Assembly (NCBI GenBank): GCA_013239625.1
Contig: MU054098.1
Span: 1,799,104-1,863,103 of the forward strand
Direction: 5' to 3'
Length of the DNA stretch: 64,000 nucleotides
Source: Lama guanicoe
Lineage: Eukaryota
In this document: one piece after another, positions 51,945 to 63,801 of the stretch
Numbering within the stretch: the stretch's first letter is position 1
Layout of the letters: the number at the start of each line of letters is the position of its first letter
Notes under the pieces: generated by a model
Told to the model about the DNA's origin: nothing
Database searches by the model: none
The model's input: only the letters and a program-made list of their open reading frames with translations
Program-made: the position numbers and the translations under genes

Positions 51945-52705
51945 TTTCCTTCACCTCACTCTTTCTAGGGAAAAACGAGTGCGTTGGAATAACCTATTCA
52001 GACCTTTAATCTGGATTAGATTTGAGTTGACACCACTGTCAAACGAACAGGATCCTTGGTTTCTCTTAGAAATTATTTCCCACTCCCTTCTGGACAGTGG
52101 TCCTCTCATCCTCTCTGACCCTTGCTCATGCTAGAATTCCACTTGGCAGATGTCCTAACTCTCTTGACACCTGCTTCACTCAGGCCTCACTTAGTTCTTG
52201 GTGCTCTTCAAAGGAAGGCTGAATTCAAAAATTTCTTCTTCAGCTGAAGGTTGTCAATCATTGATCTTTCAGTTACCGCTTTCACAGAACTCCCTAGAGA
52301 TTTGACTATAGTTTTCTGATTCATTTCTCTCATTGTTCACTTCATTTAAGACAGATTCATCCACTACACTTCTGCTCTTAATGTTCCAGTCATAGTAGCC
52401 TCCTTCAAATTATCAGAGACTATTTACCTTTTATTTTTTTGGATGGAGCTCTGTGCTCTTTTCAGGAATACCCAGAAAGTTCCATTTGTCCTCAACTCAT
52501 TTGTGCAGGAGAGATCACTGGAATGTCCTGGGCCCAGTGGATGGTCAGGACATTCCAGGTTACCTGGTTTCTCCATGTCACCAGGGGGCAATCTTCCAGA
52601 AACTATGACCACAATTTTATGATGCCAAAAATTCTTTCCACACTCATTAAATAGAACAACTTCTAACAAAGCTAATATTTCTTCATGACTACCTTTTCCA
52701 TTCTA
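51945..52705 (-). pseudogene. Large pseudo-exon, end of RGS domain plus linker
   Basis: ttataatttcAG(tAG) acceptor, GTGAGA donor. NGKGSHEEILALLEVVLFNECGKNFWHH resembles recalled RGSL1 REILSHMQKVALFKLQSYWLPNFYTH. About 90 codons are open, followed by a decayed purine-rich linker. Confidence 0.65.
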
Positions 52706-53269
52706 CTGAAATTATAAGAAGTCACCTAAGCATTTGTTCACTCAAATTGTTTTGTTAACACATAAATAGCTGGATTGCAAAAAGAAGCTGGTGGAGAAAA
52801 TTCACCAAGAGAGAGTTGGCTGGTGCAGTTGGATCTCATAGAAATTCCTTCTCAATTCTTTGATCCCTCCTTTTCTTAAATAAGTTCTACAGAACTAAAT
52901 CCACAGTGAATTGCTTTCTTAAAAATGTAATGATACCCCTCATTACTTATTTACAAATATGCATAACCAAAATACAATATACGAACTTAGTCTTCAAAAT
53001 AAAAGCTAGATAAGAAATGCAACTTCTTTCAGTAGACTATTATGTTTAACATATTTCACAGGCAAAAATAAGAAGCATGTTGTCACAGTTCATTAGCTTG
53101 TGTATAACTATAAAAACATACACATAAATTCTTTAAAGGGAATGACTATGGGCATAGTGTAAGTATAACAAAACATGTAGTTTGACATCTTTTTTTTTTT
53201 TGCCTTTCAAGGGTTAAATTGGTTATTTAGGCATACCTCTCACAAGCCAGAAATTATTAGCCAAGTTCT

Positions 53270-53910
53270 CCCAACATCCATTCTTTCCCAACTCCACCCA
53301 TTGTTCACACTATAGTCAAAATGACCATTTAAAAATAGAAATCTTATCATATTACTCTGCTGATTAAGAACCTTTAATGGCTTTCCTTTGCATTTACAAT
53401 AAAATGCAAATTCTTTAATACACAGTCTGGTTCCTGCTTACCATTCCCACCTGATCTGCTACTGTCCCGCTCTCTCTCCAAGCTTCAGTCACACTGACCG
53501 TTCAGTTACTTCAGCATGCTTTACACCTGCCTAGGGATGTTCTTTCCTCGTGGAACCCTCTTCCACCCACCTTCTCCATGTCTGGCTCCTTCTCATTCTC
53601 TCATTCTTCGATCTCAGCTTAAATATTGCCTCTTCAGAGAGAGCCTCCCTTATGGTCTCTGGAGCTAAACAACAAAATTTAAGTATGTAACTCTAACTAT
53701 TTTCTCTCTTTGTGTACTGTGTTTCTGTCATAGAATTTATTAACATTTGTAAGTATGTATCTATTTAGACATTTAAATGTCTATAGTCTGTCTCCCCTAG
53801 ACTGAAATCTTCATGAGGGCAGAGAATGTGTCTATTTTGTTGTAACAAACGTAATATCTTATATAAAACCTGACACATAGTAGGCAATCAATAAATATTT
53901 TTCCATTAAA
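53270..53910 (+). mobile_element. L2 3' end
   Basis: tctgtctcccctagactgaaatcttcatgagggcag...acatagtaggcaatcaataaatattt. Confidence 0.85.
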
Positions 53911-54624
53911 TAGATGATAAACAGATAATTTATTGCCAAATTTATAGTTTCCTTTATATAGAGAAAATCAGGCAAAACTATCCAGCATGAAGTAAGGAAC
54001 TGATTCATCCACAGTTACAAACTTGAGTGCAACTATAGAATGTTTTTGAAAGGAACCAATATAATTTTAGGTAGCATCAACATCAAATATTTCTTGATAT
54101 GTTTGATTTACAAAAAGAAATATAATGCAAGGTTTTAAAATGCTTTCTCTTAAATTGAGTGCTTGTTGGTTGAAAACAACTGCCTTTTCTATACAGACAT
54201 AATTCCGTATGTTGTTAATGAATTATTTTTCAAAAGCACATATTTGGTTCTATACACATTATAGATTAAAGCAAAAGGATCTGAAATTTGGGTCCATTTG
54301 TCTCCTTTACTTTTAAAAGAAAGCCTGCCAAAAGGTGACTAAGATGCTACATTAACAGATGTGCTAATTGGGGTAACTACCTCCAAGGGAATAGAATCTT
54401 AAAATTACATTTTAAAAGATTATTTAGATCAAAGGGTAGTAATGTAAAATACTTCTATTTTAACCTGAAGCATACAAAAAAATCCAGAGGTAGTGCTAAC
54501 TTTCTAAATATTTAAGGCTGTCTGCCAAAATAAGCAATTCAACCCTTGCTGCATATACATTCACTAAAGAAGGAGAAGGAAGCATTAGAAGAAATCCTTG
54601 ACCATGAAAACTATGCTCGCTAAC

Positions 54625-54773
54625 TTTCCCTAGGAGCTTACAGACTGTCAAGGACTCTGACTTTCTGGCAGTGTTCCTTTCAAAATAATCCAGGAGCCCA
54701 GCATGAAAGCAACAGCTGCCATGACACAAATCCTTTTATCACTGTGCTAACACAGGTCCAAAATGGTACATAC
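54625..54773 (-). pseudogene. Pseudo-exon, RGS domain core
   Basis: ttcAG acceptor, GTTAGC donor. GMYHF(fs)WT... and HAGLLDYFERNTARKSESLTVCKLLGK (ORF track 54496..54729); compare recalled RGSL1 DFW...GSRVVTLCNM. Confidence 0.55.
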
Positions 54774-54861
54774 CTGAACTTGTGATGAAATATAGTAAGC
54801 TTTATTTCACTATTTAGGGGCTCTATAGTCTGCTACATTTATGTGTTGTTTTAAAAAAAAT

Positions 54862-55794
54862 CCATGTATCAGTACCATACTGTTTTAGCTACTATAGTTT
54901 TTGAACCAGTTTCTATTACTTATTAGAACAAGTCCCCCTCATTAGTCTTCTTTTTCAAAATATACAGTTGAACCTTGAACAGAGGGCATTAAGGACATCT
55001 ACCTTCCTCACAGTTAAAAATTTGTGTATAATTTATAGTTGGCTCTCTGTATCTGGGGTTCCTCTGTATCCACTGTTCTGCCTCCTCACATTCAACCAAC
55101 TGTGGATCATGTAGTACAGTAGTATTTACCATTGAAAAAAATCTGCTTATAAGTGGATGCATGCAGTTCAAACCAGTATCATTCAAGGCTCACCTGTACT
55201 TGTTATTCTTGATAATATATTCTTCAGAATGGAGTTTAGAGTCACTTCATCAAGGCATGAAAACAATCTCTGGGATTTTTATTGTAAATTTTATTAAATC
55301 CATGCATTCATTAGAGAGGATTTAACAACCTGAAATTTTCTGTATTCTCATCCATTTTCAAGCATTTTTTTGGTAATCTTTTGTAGTTTTCCCCACATAC
55401 AACCTATAAATTTATTGTTGAGATTATACCTAGATATTTTCTAATTCTGGTGTTATAGCAAACCGACTCTCTACTGTGTTTTATATCTGGTTACTGAAAT
55501 GTTTAGGAAAACTGGTAAACTCTCATTCTAAATATATTTCAGTTAGATTCTCTGTGGGTAGGGTCTCATCTCATTTGCAAATATTAATCGTGTTCCTTGA
55601 TTTCCAGTAGTGACATCTCTTATTTCTGTTTCCTGCTTTATTGCATTGGCTAGGAAATTAAAAATTTCAATCATAATGGTGATAGCAGTTCTTTTTATCT
55701 TGTTTCTGATTGTAATAGGAATATATTTAGTGTTTTACCATTGCATATGATATTAGCTGTCAATTTAGGATAGATATTTACTATCCCAGTAAGG
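54862..55794 (-). mobile_element. Old L1 ORF2 fragment fused downstream of U6
   Basis: Minus strand acagctaatatcatatgcaatggtaaaacact...ctagccaatgcaataaagcagg (ANII..NG..L / LANAIKQE region). Confidence 0.8.
54965..55196. mobile_element. Tigger2-derived MITE (MER8-like)
   Basis: TIRs cagttgaaccttgaac / ttcaaggctcacctg with TA on both sides; 232 bp. Confidence 0.85.
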
Positions 55795-55894
55795 AAAATA
55801 CATGATATTCTTTGTGAATTGACATGTCATCCTTCCTCTTCTAATCTTCTTCATATTGTTCCAAATTTAGCACATGTGCTGCAGAAGAGAGAAC
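55795..55894 (-). pseudogene. U6 snRNA retro-pseudogene, near full length
   Basis: Minus strand gttctctcttctgcagcacatgtgctaaatttggaacaatatgaagaagattag...aaggatgacatgtcaattcacaaag...catgtatttt aligns end to end with U6. Confidence 0.92.
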
Positions 55895-56209
55895 TGCATT
55901 ATTCTTTAAATAAAACTGGCCTGTCATATTTAAATGTCTTTTAAAACATTTTGAGGTGAAAGGCCAAAGCATGGTTTAAAAAGTCTGCATTAAATGTGGG
56001 ACTAGTGAAGGTCTATAGCAGATTGTGAAATATTAAACCTGAGGCATTATGATAATGAACCCTCTTATTATGGATATAAGCCATTCATCTAGAAGAAAGG
56101 GAAGTCAATTGAATGAGTTGGTAACTTGGTTTCCACAAGGAGCTTTTCGCTGATTAGAGGCAAGGCATTTAAAAGGAAAACAAACACAAATGAGAGAGAA
56201 CCAGAAAAC

Positions 56210-56338
56210 CTTTTCTGCCATGAATATTAAGGAAAAGAAAGCAAAGAACTGCCATTGCCCTCCAAATCTAATTAGCAGCACTAAAAAAGTGAGTTGTTTC
56301 CAGAAAGGATAGAAAAGATAGTTGACAGCTTTTGACAC
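56210..56338 (-). pseudogene. Pseudo-exon
   Basis: Strong acceptor ctctccctcctacAG, donor aag|GTTTTC. CQKL... then QFFAF(fs)LNIHGRK, with a phase-1 end compatible with the next exon. Confidence 0.5.
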
Positions 56339-57617
56339 CTGTAGGAGGGAGAGTGAGGCACAGCTTGGAGATATGACCATTGTTAGTTTGAAGATTGTTA
56401 GTTAGAGTAGTAGCTTAAGAAAACTGCCAGCCCTTGTCAGGATGCTGCAAAAATACACTGTCCGACCTTTTCAATGCCTGGAAGCACTGTAGCTGAGAAT
56501 CATGAATGTTTCCTTGAATATACACAGAATGACCAAGGTTTTTTTTAACAGCAGCTGAGCTTGGTGAAAAAAGAGGTAGTGGTTAAGTAGTTGCAGCATT
56601 TCCTTTTATTTCATATATGTTATATACTTAGGCTTATACCTACTTGATACACTGAGGGTTAAATGTCTACCCTGCTTCTTTTCTTTCTTGTGTACAAGAT
56701 CTTTAGTCATTCTAACTTAAGATATCATAATTCCATACCACACTGGGGAATTTAGAAGCATTCTCTCACTCTATATATGAACTATTCTCACTGGTAAAAG
56801 AAATAAGTATTTAAAAATATCAAACTTGAAAAGTTTAAGAACAATTATTAACATTGCCTACATTTTTGTATTATTTGAATTATCATGAGGGTATTATTTT
56901 TAATAAAAAATGGTCCATTTAAAAAATATTCTACAAATAATATATATTCATTGTGACAAATTCAAAAGTAGAAAAGTGTATAAAGTGAAATTTAAAAGTA
57001 GCTGCCACAGCTTACCCCACCACCCTATGTAACACTGCTAAGGTTTTGCTGTGTATTATTTAAGAATTGCTCTTATGCATATGCAAACATATAAACATTT
57101 TTGTTTATTTTTAATGTAACCATATTACACAGATTTTGTGCAATTTGCTTTTTTCCCCATGTCACTGGTATCCTTCCATCTCTACACAATAATTTCAGAA
57201 ACAGTCATGTTTTTGTAGAAACAGCAAAGAAACCTAAGTTCCTACTTTTTTTGTTTTAAGTTAGCTCTGTCTGGATAAAATTCACAATTATACCAAACCT
57301 GTAAACTTAATCTACCACCATCACAGCTACTGAAATAGTTAGCTAAAGTCTTAAACTAGTGTTTCTCAAAGTTTAGCATACATCAGGTTGTACCGTGTAA
57401 TTGTCTTCCCATTCAGTCCTGAGAGGAAGATTTATAAGTTTCTTGAGAGCAGTGCTATGAAACTGAGAGAATAGACTCTTTCTCTTCTGAGGACTGCTGT
57501 ATCTCCCAATTATACACAACAAATTGCCTGTTAACAATTTACTAACACAATACAGTTGTCCTCACAAGTAGACTACGGAGAGAACACATAGGCCCTTGTC
57601 CCAAGGATAGCTCAGAC

Positions 57618-57798
57618 CAGTAGTTCTCAAACTGCAGTGTGTAGCAAAAGGCACCTGGAGGGCTTGTTAAAATAGACTGCAGGGCTCCACACTCTGGGTC
57701 TTTGATTCTTAGACCGAAGCCCAAGAATTTGCATTTCTAACAAGTTCCCAGATGATGTTGCTCTTTCTGGTTCCAGGATCACATTTTGAGAACCACTG
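57618..57798. mobile_element. MER5A-like hAT MITE
   Basis: TIRs cagtagttctcaaa / tttgagaaccactg; gaatttgcatttctaacaagttcccagatgatg. Confidence 0.9.
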
Positions 57799-58309
57799 TC
57801 TCAAAGGAAATAATCAACTTCTGTAGTGAGCACCCATTTTTCAACATATTTAACTTGAAACAGACTTCACAGAACAGAATTCACCCAAAATCAGAAAAAT
57901 AGACCCAGACTAGAATTTAACTACAAAGTGCTCCTCACTCTCCAGCTGTTAAAACCTAACTGCAGTAAGACATGCTAAAGCCCTGGTCTCTATTCAGTGG
58001 GTTGAAAATACAGCTTTTCTTTTTTTTTTTTTCACACATTCTTACTTCAAACTTACCTAGGTCCCCAATTAAGGTTGAATGTATTCTATCTAAGAGCTAT
58101 CACTTTTTTGGACCCTACTGTAACCCTAGAGTGAACAACAAGAGTGTAAGAATTATTAATAGGATATTTTTGTTTAGCCAAATTAGAAGATCCTGGTAAG
58201 AAATTGAGACTTTCAAGGGAAATCCTACCTCACTCCCAACATTAACCCAGGCTCTGCTTCTTCCCTATTGCCCAACATTCATCCAAGGAAGTGGAATGAA
58301 GGGGTAAAA

Positions 58310-58515
58310 AGTACTGGGTCGCAGTCGCAGCTTCACACTTCTTGCCTGTGTCATGTGACCTCTCTATCTTCAGTTTTTTCATCTATGAAATGGATATAAT
58401 AGTAACATCTACCTGAAAGGTTGTAAGGATTCAATGAAACAATATATGTAAATCATTTAGCCTACTACCTGGCACACAATCAATGTTCAATAAATAGATA
58501 TTACTATTAATACTG
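58310..58515 (+). mobile_element. MIR
   Basis: cttcagttttttcatctatgaaatgg...cctggcacacaatcaatgttcaataaat. Confidence 0.85.
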
Positions 58516-58599
58516 CTACTTCATAGGAAATAACTGGAATAGAGAATTGAGTTCTTGGCAATATCTCTTTCTTTCATCACAAGTGTAACTAACAATGTG

Positions 58600-60080
58600 C
58601 CATTAAAATTATTTTAGCTGGAGTGCTACATGATGAAATTAGCTTGTTGAATGATCTGTGTGATTGCCGTACGGATAATGAACTGTAGGTACACAAAGAT
58701 GAAGGTGTGAAACTAGCTAGGAAACTACTGCAATAATCAAGGTGAGAGATGGTGGTGGCTTGGACTAGAATGATGGCAATGGAGGGGGACAGGAAATTAA
58801 CATGAGAGATTTTGGACATAAAAACTGACTTGGAAATGGAGTAGACATTAGGAAGATGGAAGACTGTAAGGTAGCTCTTAGTTTTCTACCACAGTCAAGG
58901 AAGGGGATGGTGGTATTGTTAACAGAAATGAGAAAGAAGCAAAGGCTAGTAGGGGTGGGAATAGAAGCTGAATGATGGGAGTTGAGGACAATCTGCCATG
59001 GGCCCAAGCACCCCTGCAGGTATTGCCCAGCATGCCAAACTGGAAGTCCTAATCATCCTCTGACCCTGAGCCTTTTCTGTAACTAGTCACATAAATGATG
59101 AAGTAGGTCAAGGCATGACTACTATGCAACTGCTTGCTCCCTAGAGTGAGATACTGGCTTGTTTACTGCTTGCTACTAAAGGTACTGAGCCCTTAGTCCC
59201 AGGTTCTTCCAGTTGCAGTGCAGCTCACTACATGCATAGCCCCCAGCTGGGCCCACTGAGGCACTACATGGACCTTAGGACAGGGGAACAAGCACCACAT
59301 GTGAACACTCCTTCTGTTTCTTGTGCTGTAATTGTCTTGCTCTGGCCCAGGAATCAGAACACCATTCCTGTAAAGGGCCAGATGGTAAATATTTTATGCA
59401 TTACAAATCATCTATAGCAATTACTCAATTTCATCATTGTCACATGGAAGCAGCCACAAACAACATGTCAACAAATGAGTGTGGCTGTGTTACATAAGAC
59501 TTTACTATGTACACTGAAAGTTGCCTATCATAATTTTCATGTGTCATGTAATATTCTTTTTATTCTTTTTATAATTTTTAGTATTCTTTTTTAACCATTT
59601 ACATATGTACAAACATTCTTAACATATAATAATAGATCAAGGGCTGGATTTTACCAGGAAATGTAGTTTGCCAAACCCCTCTCTGAGAAACTGACTCAAG
59701 TTGTCTACTTTTGACACATATGATGCTATGGCAAACAAATATGTTTGCTGGCTGAGTCATCTCTTTTGGAGTTTTGTTATTCCTTTGTTATTGCTCTATG
59801 AGACTGGGATTCTTCCTTAACAATGGGATACACTTTGAACATGTTTAGTTTGAGGTGCCCGTAGGAGTATAAGCCATCCAAGGGGAGATGCACATCCCTG
59901 CCCTTAGGAAAAAAATTATATATATATATATGATATATATATGATAAATATATATATTTGAAAGATACTAGTCTAAAAGTGGTAGTTAAAACAAAGAGAA
60001 TGGCTGAGTTTACTCAAAAACAGTATGAATAATGAGAAAGGAAGAGAGCTCAAAGGTATGAGATCCTGAGAAACAAGTAC
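58600..60080 (-). mobile_element. L2 interrupted by an LTR (~58993-59822), itself interrupted by a MER58-like element
   Basis: ctactgcaataatcaaggtgagagatggtggtggcttggactag (L2) resumes at tttgaacatgtttagtttgaggtgcc. Confidence 0.7.
59348..59682. mobile_element. MER58B-like hAT element
   Basis: ctgtaaagggccagatggtaaatattt...aaatgagtgtggctgtgtt...tagtttgccaaacccc. Confidence 0.85.
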
Positions 60081-60088
60081 GTGTTGAG

Positions 60089-60302
60089 CAGTTGTTCTCG
60101 AGTAGGGGTGATTTTGCCTCCCAGAGATATTTGGAAATGTCTGGTGACATTTTTGGTTGTCACAACTGGGGGAGTGCTATTGGCATCTAATGGGTAGGGA
60201 CTAGGAATGCTGCTAAACATCCTACAAAGCATATGACAACCATCCACAACAAAAAGATTTCAGGCTCAAATGTTAATGGTGCAGAAGTTCAGGAAGTCTT
60301 GA
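60089..60302. mobile_element. MER20-like hAT MITE
   Basis: ggggtgattttgcctccc...acatttttggttgtcacaactgggg...gctgctaaacatcctaca. Confidence 0.9.
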
Positions 60303-60344
60303 TTTAAAGGGAAGGAAGAGAAAAATGAGACAGAAAATAAACCC

Positions 60345-60493
60345 AGGTTGTACACCCAGTGCCCAGACTTTGGGTTCTATTACCATTTTTAACAATCCTT
60401 AAAGAAATGGCTTATTTTAGGCCTGGGACAGAAAATATACAAGTGAGCATGAAGCATCTTCTGGTGCCAGGAAGTAAGTACAAAGTGCATGCG

Positions 60494-60525
<32 letters not shown>

Positions 60526-60730
60526 AATCAGGTATGCCAAAGGGACAGAGGAGCCAAATGAAAGAACTCTTAATGACAAAACCTAAAACATTTGGGCAAC
60601 AGAATAAATACATTGTGTTGGATTATAACCCAAGAATAAAATACATATCCATGAGTCCACACTGATATAAATGAATGATTAAATAAATAAATAAATGAAG
60701 AAGAGGAGACAAATCTCACATGCACAAGAA
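60345..60730 (+). mobile_element. L1MC-like 3'UTR fragment with (CA)n
   Basis: aagaaatggcttattttaggcctgggacag...ccatgagtccacactgatataaatgaatgattaaataaataaa. Confidence 0.7.
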
Positions 60731-60734
60731 TTAG

Positions 60735-63193
60735 AACAATGTTGAAAAGGAGTGGTGAAAAGGGGTTCCTTTTATATTCATGCTGACAATCTCTTTTATC
60801 TGGTGTGTTTAGATCATTGACATTTAAAGTAATTATTGGTATTTTGGAATAATATCTACCATATTTGATACTTTTTCTATTTGTTGCCTTTGTTCTTTGT
60901 TACTATTTTTTCTTCTACTTTTTCTGCCTTTTGTGGTTTTAATTTAGCATTATAAATGATTCTGTTTTCTCTCCTTTCTCTGCATATCAGTTATGCTTTT
61001 TTTCTATTTTTAGTGGCTGCTCTAGAATTTCTAACATATATGTACAACTAATTCAAGACCACATTCAAACAACACAATGCCACTTCACAAACAGAATGAG
61101 TATCTTATAATAACAAAATAGGCCTAATTCCTCCATCCTGTTTCTTGAGTCATTGCTGTCATTCATAAGCATACATAAGATATATATGCATATATATATA
61201 AGCATACATAATTGGATATGTTGTTGCTATTATTATTTTGAACTACTGTCATCTCTCAGATCAATTAAACATATGAAAAATGAAAGTTTTTATTTTACCT
61301 TCACTTATTCCTTTTCTAATACTCTCCATTTCACTATGTAGATCTGAGTTTCTTACCTATTTCATTTTTCTTTTCTCTAAATAACTTCTTTTTGTCTTCC
61401 TTGCAAGGCAGGTTCAAAGGGCAAGAAACTCCCTCAATTTTTGTTTGTTTGAGAAAGTATTTCTCCATCACTTCTGAAGAATAGTTTCATAGGATACATA
61501 ATTCTAGGTTAGTGTTTTTTTAAATCTCAATACTTTAAATATTTCACTTCACTATCTTCTTGCTTGCGTTCTTTCTGAGGAGGCAGATGTAGTTCTTATC
61601 TTTGCTCTTCTATAGATAAGGATTTTTGTTTTTGTCCTCTGGCTGCTTTCAAGATTTTTTCTTTATCTTTGATTTTCTGCAGTTTGAATATAAATAAGCC
61701 TAGGTGTAAGAGGTTTTTTTTTTATTGTTATTATTTATCCTGCTTAATGATCTTCGACCTTCCTAGATCTTTGGTTTGGTGTCTGTCATTAACTTGAAGA
61801 AATGCTCAGTTATTATGGATTCAGATATTTTTCCCCTTCTTTCTTCTTTTTATAGTGTTCACTTTACACATACATTACACCTTTTATAGTTGCCCCACAG
61901 TTCTTGGATATCTTGCTCTGTTTTTTAAATTTTTTCTTCAATCTTTCAGTCTTTTTTCTCCTTGCTTTTCCATTTTGGAAGTTTCTACTGAGATATATTC
62001 TGGGTCAGTGATTCCTTCCTCAGCCATGTCTAGTCTATTAATATGCCCATAAAAGGCATTCTTCATTTCAGTTACCATGTTTTTTACCTCCAGCATTTCT
62101 TTTTAATCCTTTCTTAGAATTCCATTTCTCTGTGTACACTGCCCTTCTGTTCTTGCATGCTGCCTACTTTATCCATTAGAGCCTCTAGCATACTAATTCT
62201 AGTTGTTTTAAATTCTCAACATGACAAATCCAACATCCTTGCCATATCTGTCTTGTTCTGCTACCTTTAGATTTTCTTTAATAGCTGGACATGATGTACT
62301 GAACAAAAGGAACTGCTGTAAATAGGCCTTTGGTAATGTGGTGGTAAGTCACTGGGGTGGGGATACTGAAAACATCCCATAATCTTATGATTAGATGTCA
62401 GTTTTTCAGTGAGCCTGTGCCTCTGGACTGTGAACTTCACAAGGGTTTCTCCTTTTTTTTTACCCCACTATGTGGCACAAGATGGGTACAGAGGGCTGGA
62501 GTTGGGTACTTCCCTCTTCTCATATAGAAGGCTACGGAGGGCTGGAGTTGCATATTTCCCTTCCCTGTTTGGTTAGCCTCTGGAAAAAAAAAACGCCAAT
62601 ATTTTAGGCTCTAGTAAAGTAACCTCTCTTGAGGGCATGCCATATTAAGAAGAAAAAATGCTCTGGCTTATTTCAAAATGGTTACATTTCCCCTAATCCT
62701 ACCAATAGCACTAGGAAATTTTTCTTTGACATTTAGTGTTACAACTATGTCAAGCTCCAGGTTATCAAGAGATAACACTCACAAAAATGTGGAGAACACC
62801 TTATGACTGGGTCTTCCTGGAGTTCTTAACTCTTCAACTTGTCCACACTAAGCATCCAGAAATTTGTCAATTATAATTCAGGTGTTTCTACCCTATCACT
62901 GATTCTTGAAGAGGTTTCTGCTTATGGATTTCTTCTCTGGTAAGCTGATTCTCTGTATTCACCTATCCAATTTTGGGGGTAGCAGGTTTCATTTATTTAC
63001 AGGAATGTCAACAGGACACCTCAACACTGAACAGGGGACTTAGTCTCATGAGAAAAGACACAAATCTCACGAGAAATGGCACTTCACTTCACTAACGTAT
63101 CTAAGAAGAATCGTTGATTTTTCAGTTTGTTTTGCATTTTACCCGTTAGGAGGGCAACTTCCAAGCTCCTTACCTGCTGGACTGGAAACCAGA
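60735..63193 (-). mobile_element. Old L1 5' half (ORF1 and 5'UTR; L1MC/MD-like)
   Basis: Antisense ORF1-type sequence (ttctgaagaatagtttcataggatacataattctaggtt); 5' terminus ttccaagctccttac...ggaaaccaga. Confidence 0.85.
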
Positions 63194-63537
63194 TGTCTTA
63201 GTTCTTTGGGGCTGCTATAAATAAAAAACCATAGACTGGGTAGCTAAGCGAAACATTTATTTCTCACAGTTCTGAAAGCTGGGAAGTCTAAGATCAAGGT
63301 GTCTACAGATTCAGTGTCTAGTGAGAGCTCACTTCCTGGTTCACAGATGGCCATCTTTTCACTGTGTCCTCACGTGGTGAAAGGGACAAGGAATCTCTCT
63401 GGAGACACTTTTATAAGGGCATTAGTCTTGTTCATGAGGGCTCTCCCTCATGATCCAGTCACCTCCCAATACCATCATATTGGAAACTAAGTCTCAACAT
63501 TTGAATTTTGGAGGATAAAACATTCAGTTAATAGCAC
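63194..63537 (-). mobile_element. MLT1A-like solo LTR
   Basis: tgtcttagtt...catttatttctcacagttctgaaagctgggaagtctaagatcaagg...acattcagttaatagca. Confidence 0.92.
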
Positions 63538-63618
63538 CCTGAACTTTTAATCACACTGTCAATAGGCCTCAAAAATAAACCATACTCCAATTTAGAAAGC
63601 ATGTTACTTTTTCCTCAC

Positions 63619-63801
63619 ACTGTTACTGAGAGAGCAATAGTTTGGCAAAGGATGTGTCCACACATGACATCAGCATCCATGGGAAAACAATGTCATCACT
63701 AATTTCATCATTCAAGAAAGACAAATCACTTAAAAGTAAAATATCCTACAATTGCAGGACAAACTCAACATTCATCAAGTGCAGGTTCCCCAACACCTTC
63801 C
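63619..63801 (-). pseudogene. Pseudo-exon, RGSL1-like N-terminal region
   Basis: ctgcttcAG acceptor, GTGAGG donor. Reads VLGNLHLMNVEFVLQL*DILLLSDLSFLNDEISDDIVFPWMLMSCVDTSFAKLLLSQ*Q, resembling recalled RGSL1 VFGQTPFYTVE...WLEKCRLPFFCKTNL. Confidence 0.55.

Larger units (their letters stand above)
6008..63801 (-). pseudogene. Unprocessed multi-exon pseudogene (or tandem pair) of an RGSL1/RGS22-family multi-RGS-domain protein
   Basis: About 25 minus-strand exon remnants with pyrimidine-AG acceptors and GT donors, several with phase-compatible joins. RGS motifs recur (FVSFLKKITHENL..FW; AKNIYEK; QILTYLE-LSYIRFLKN; LWYDLAEVL; LGVFLPFLEKFSLEN). There are many stops and frameshifts. Family assignment is from recalled RGSL1/RGS22 sequences. 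The 5' end may lie beyond the window. Confidence 0.72.

Noticed and set aside
6008..63801. Naming the locus RGSL1 or RGS22, or calling it a functional CDS
   Set aside because: Similarity is only at motif level, both families appear in tandem, and there are dozens of stops and frameshifts plus an exonic L1. Synteny is not visible in the window.
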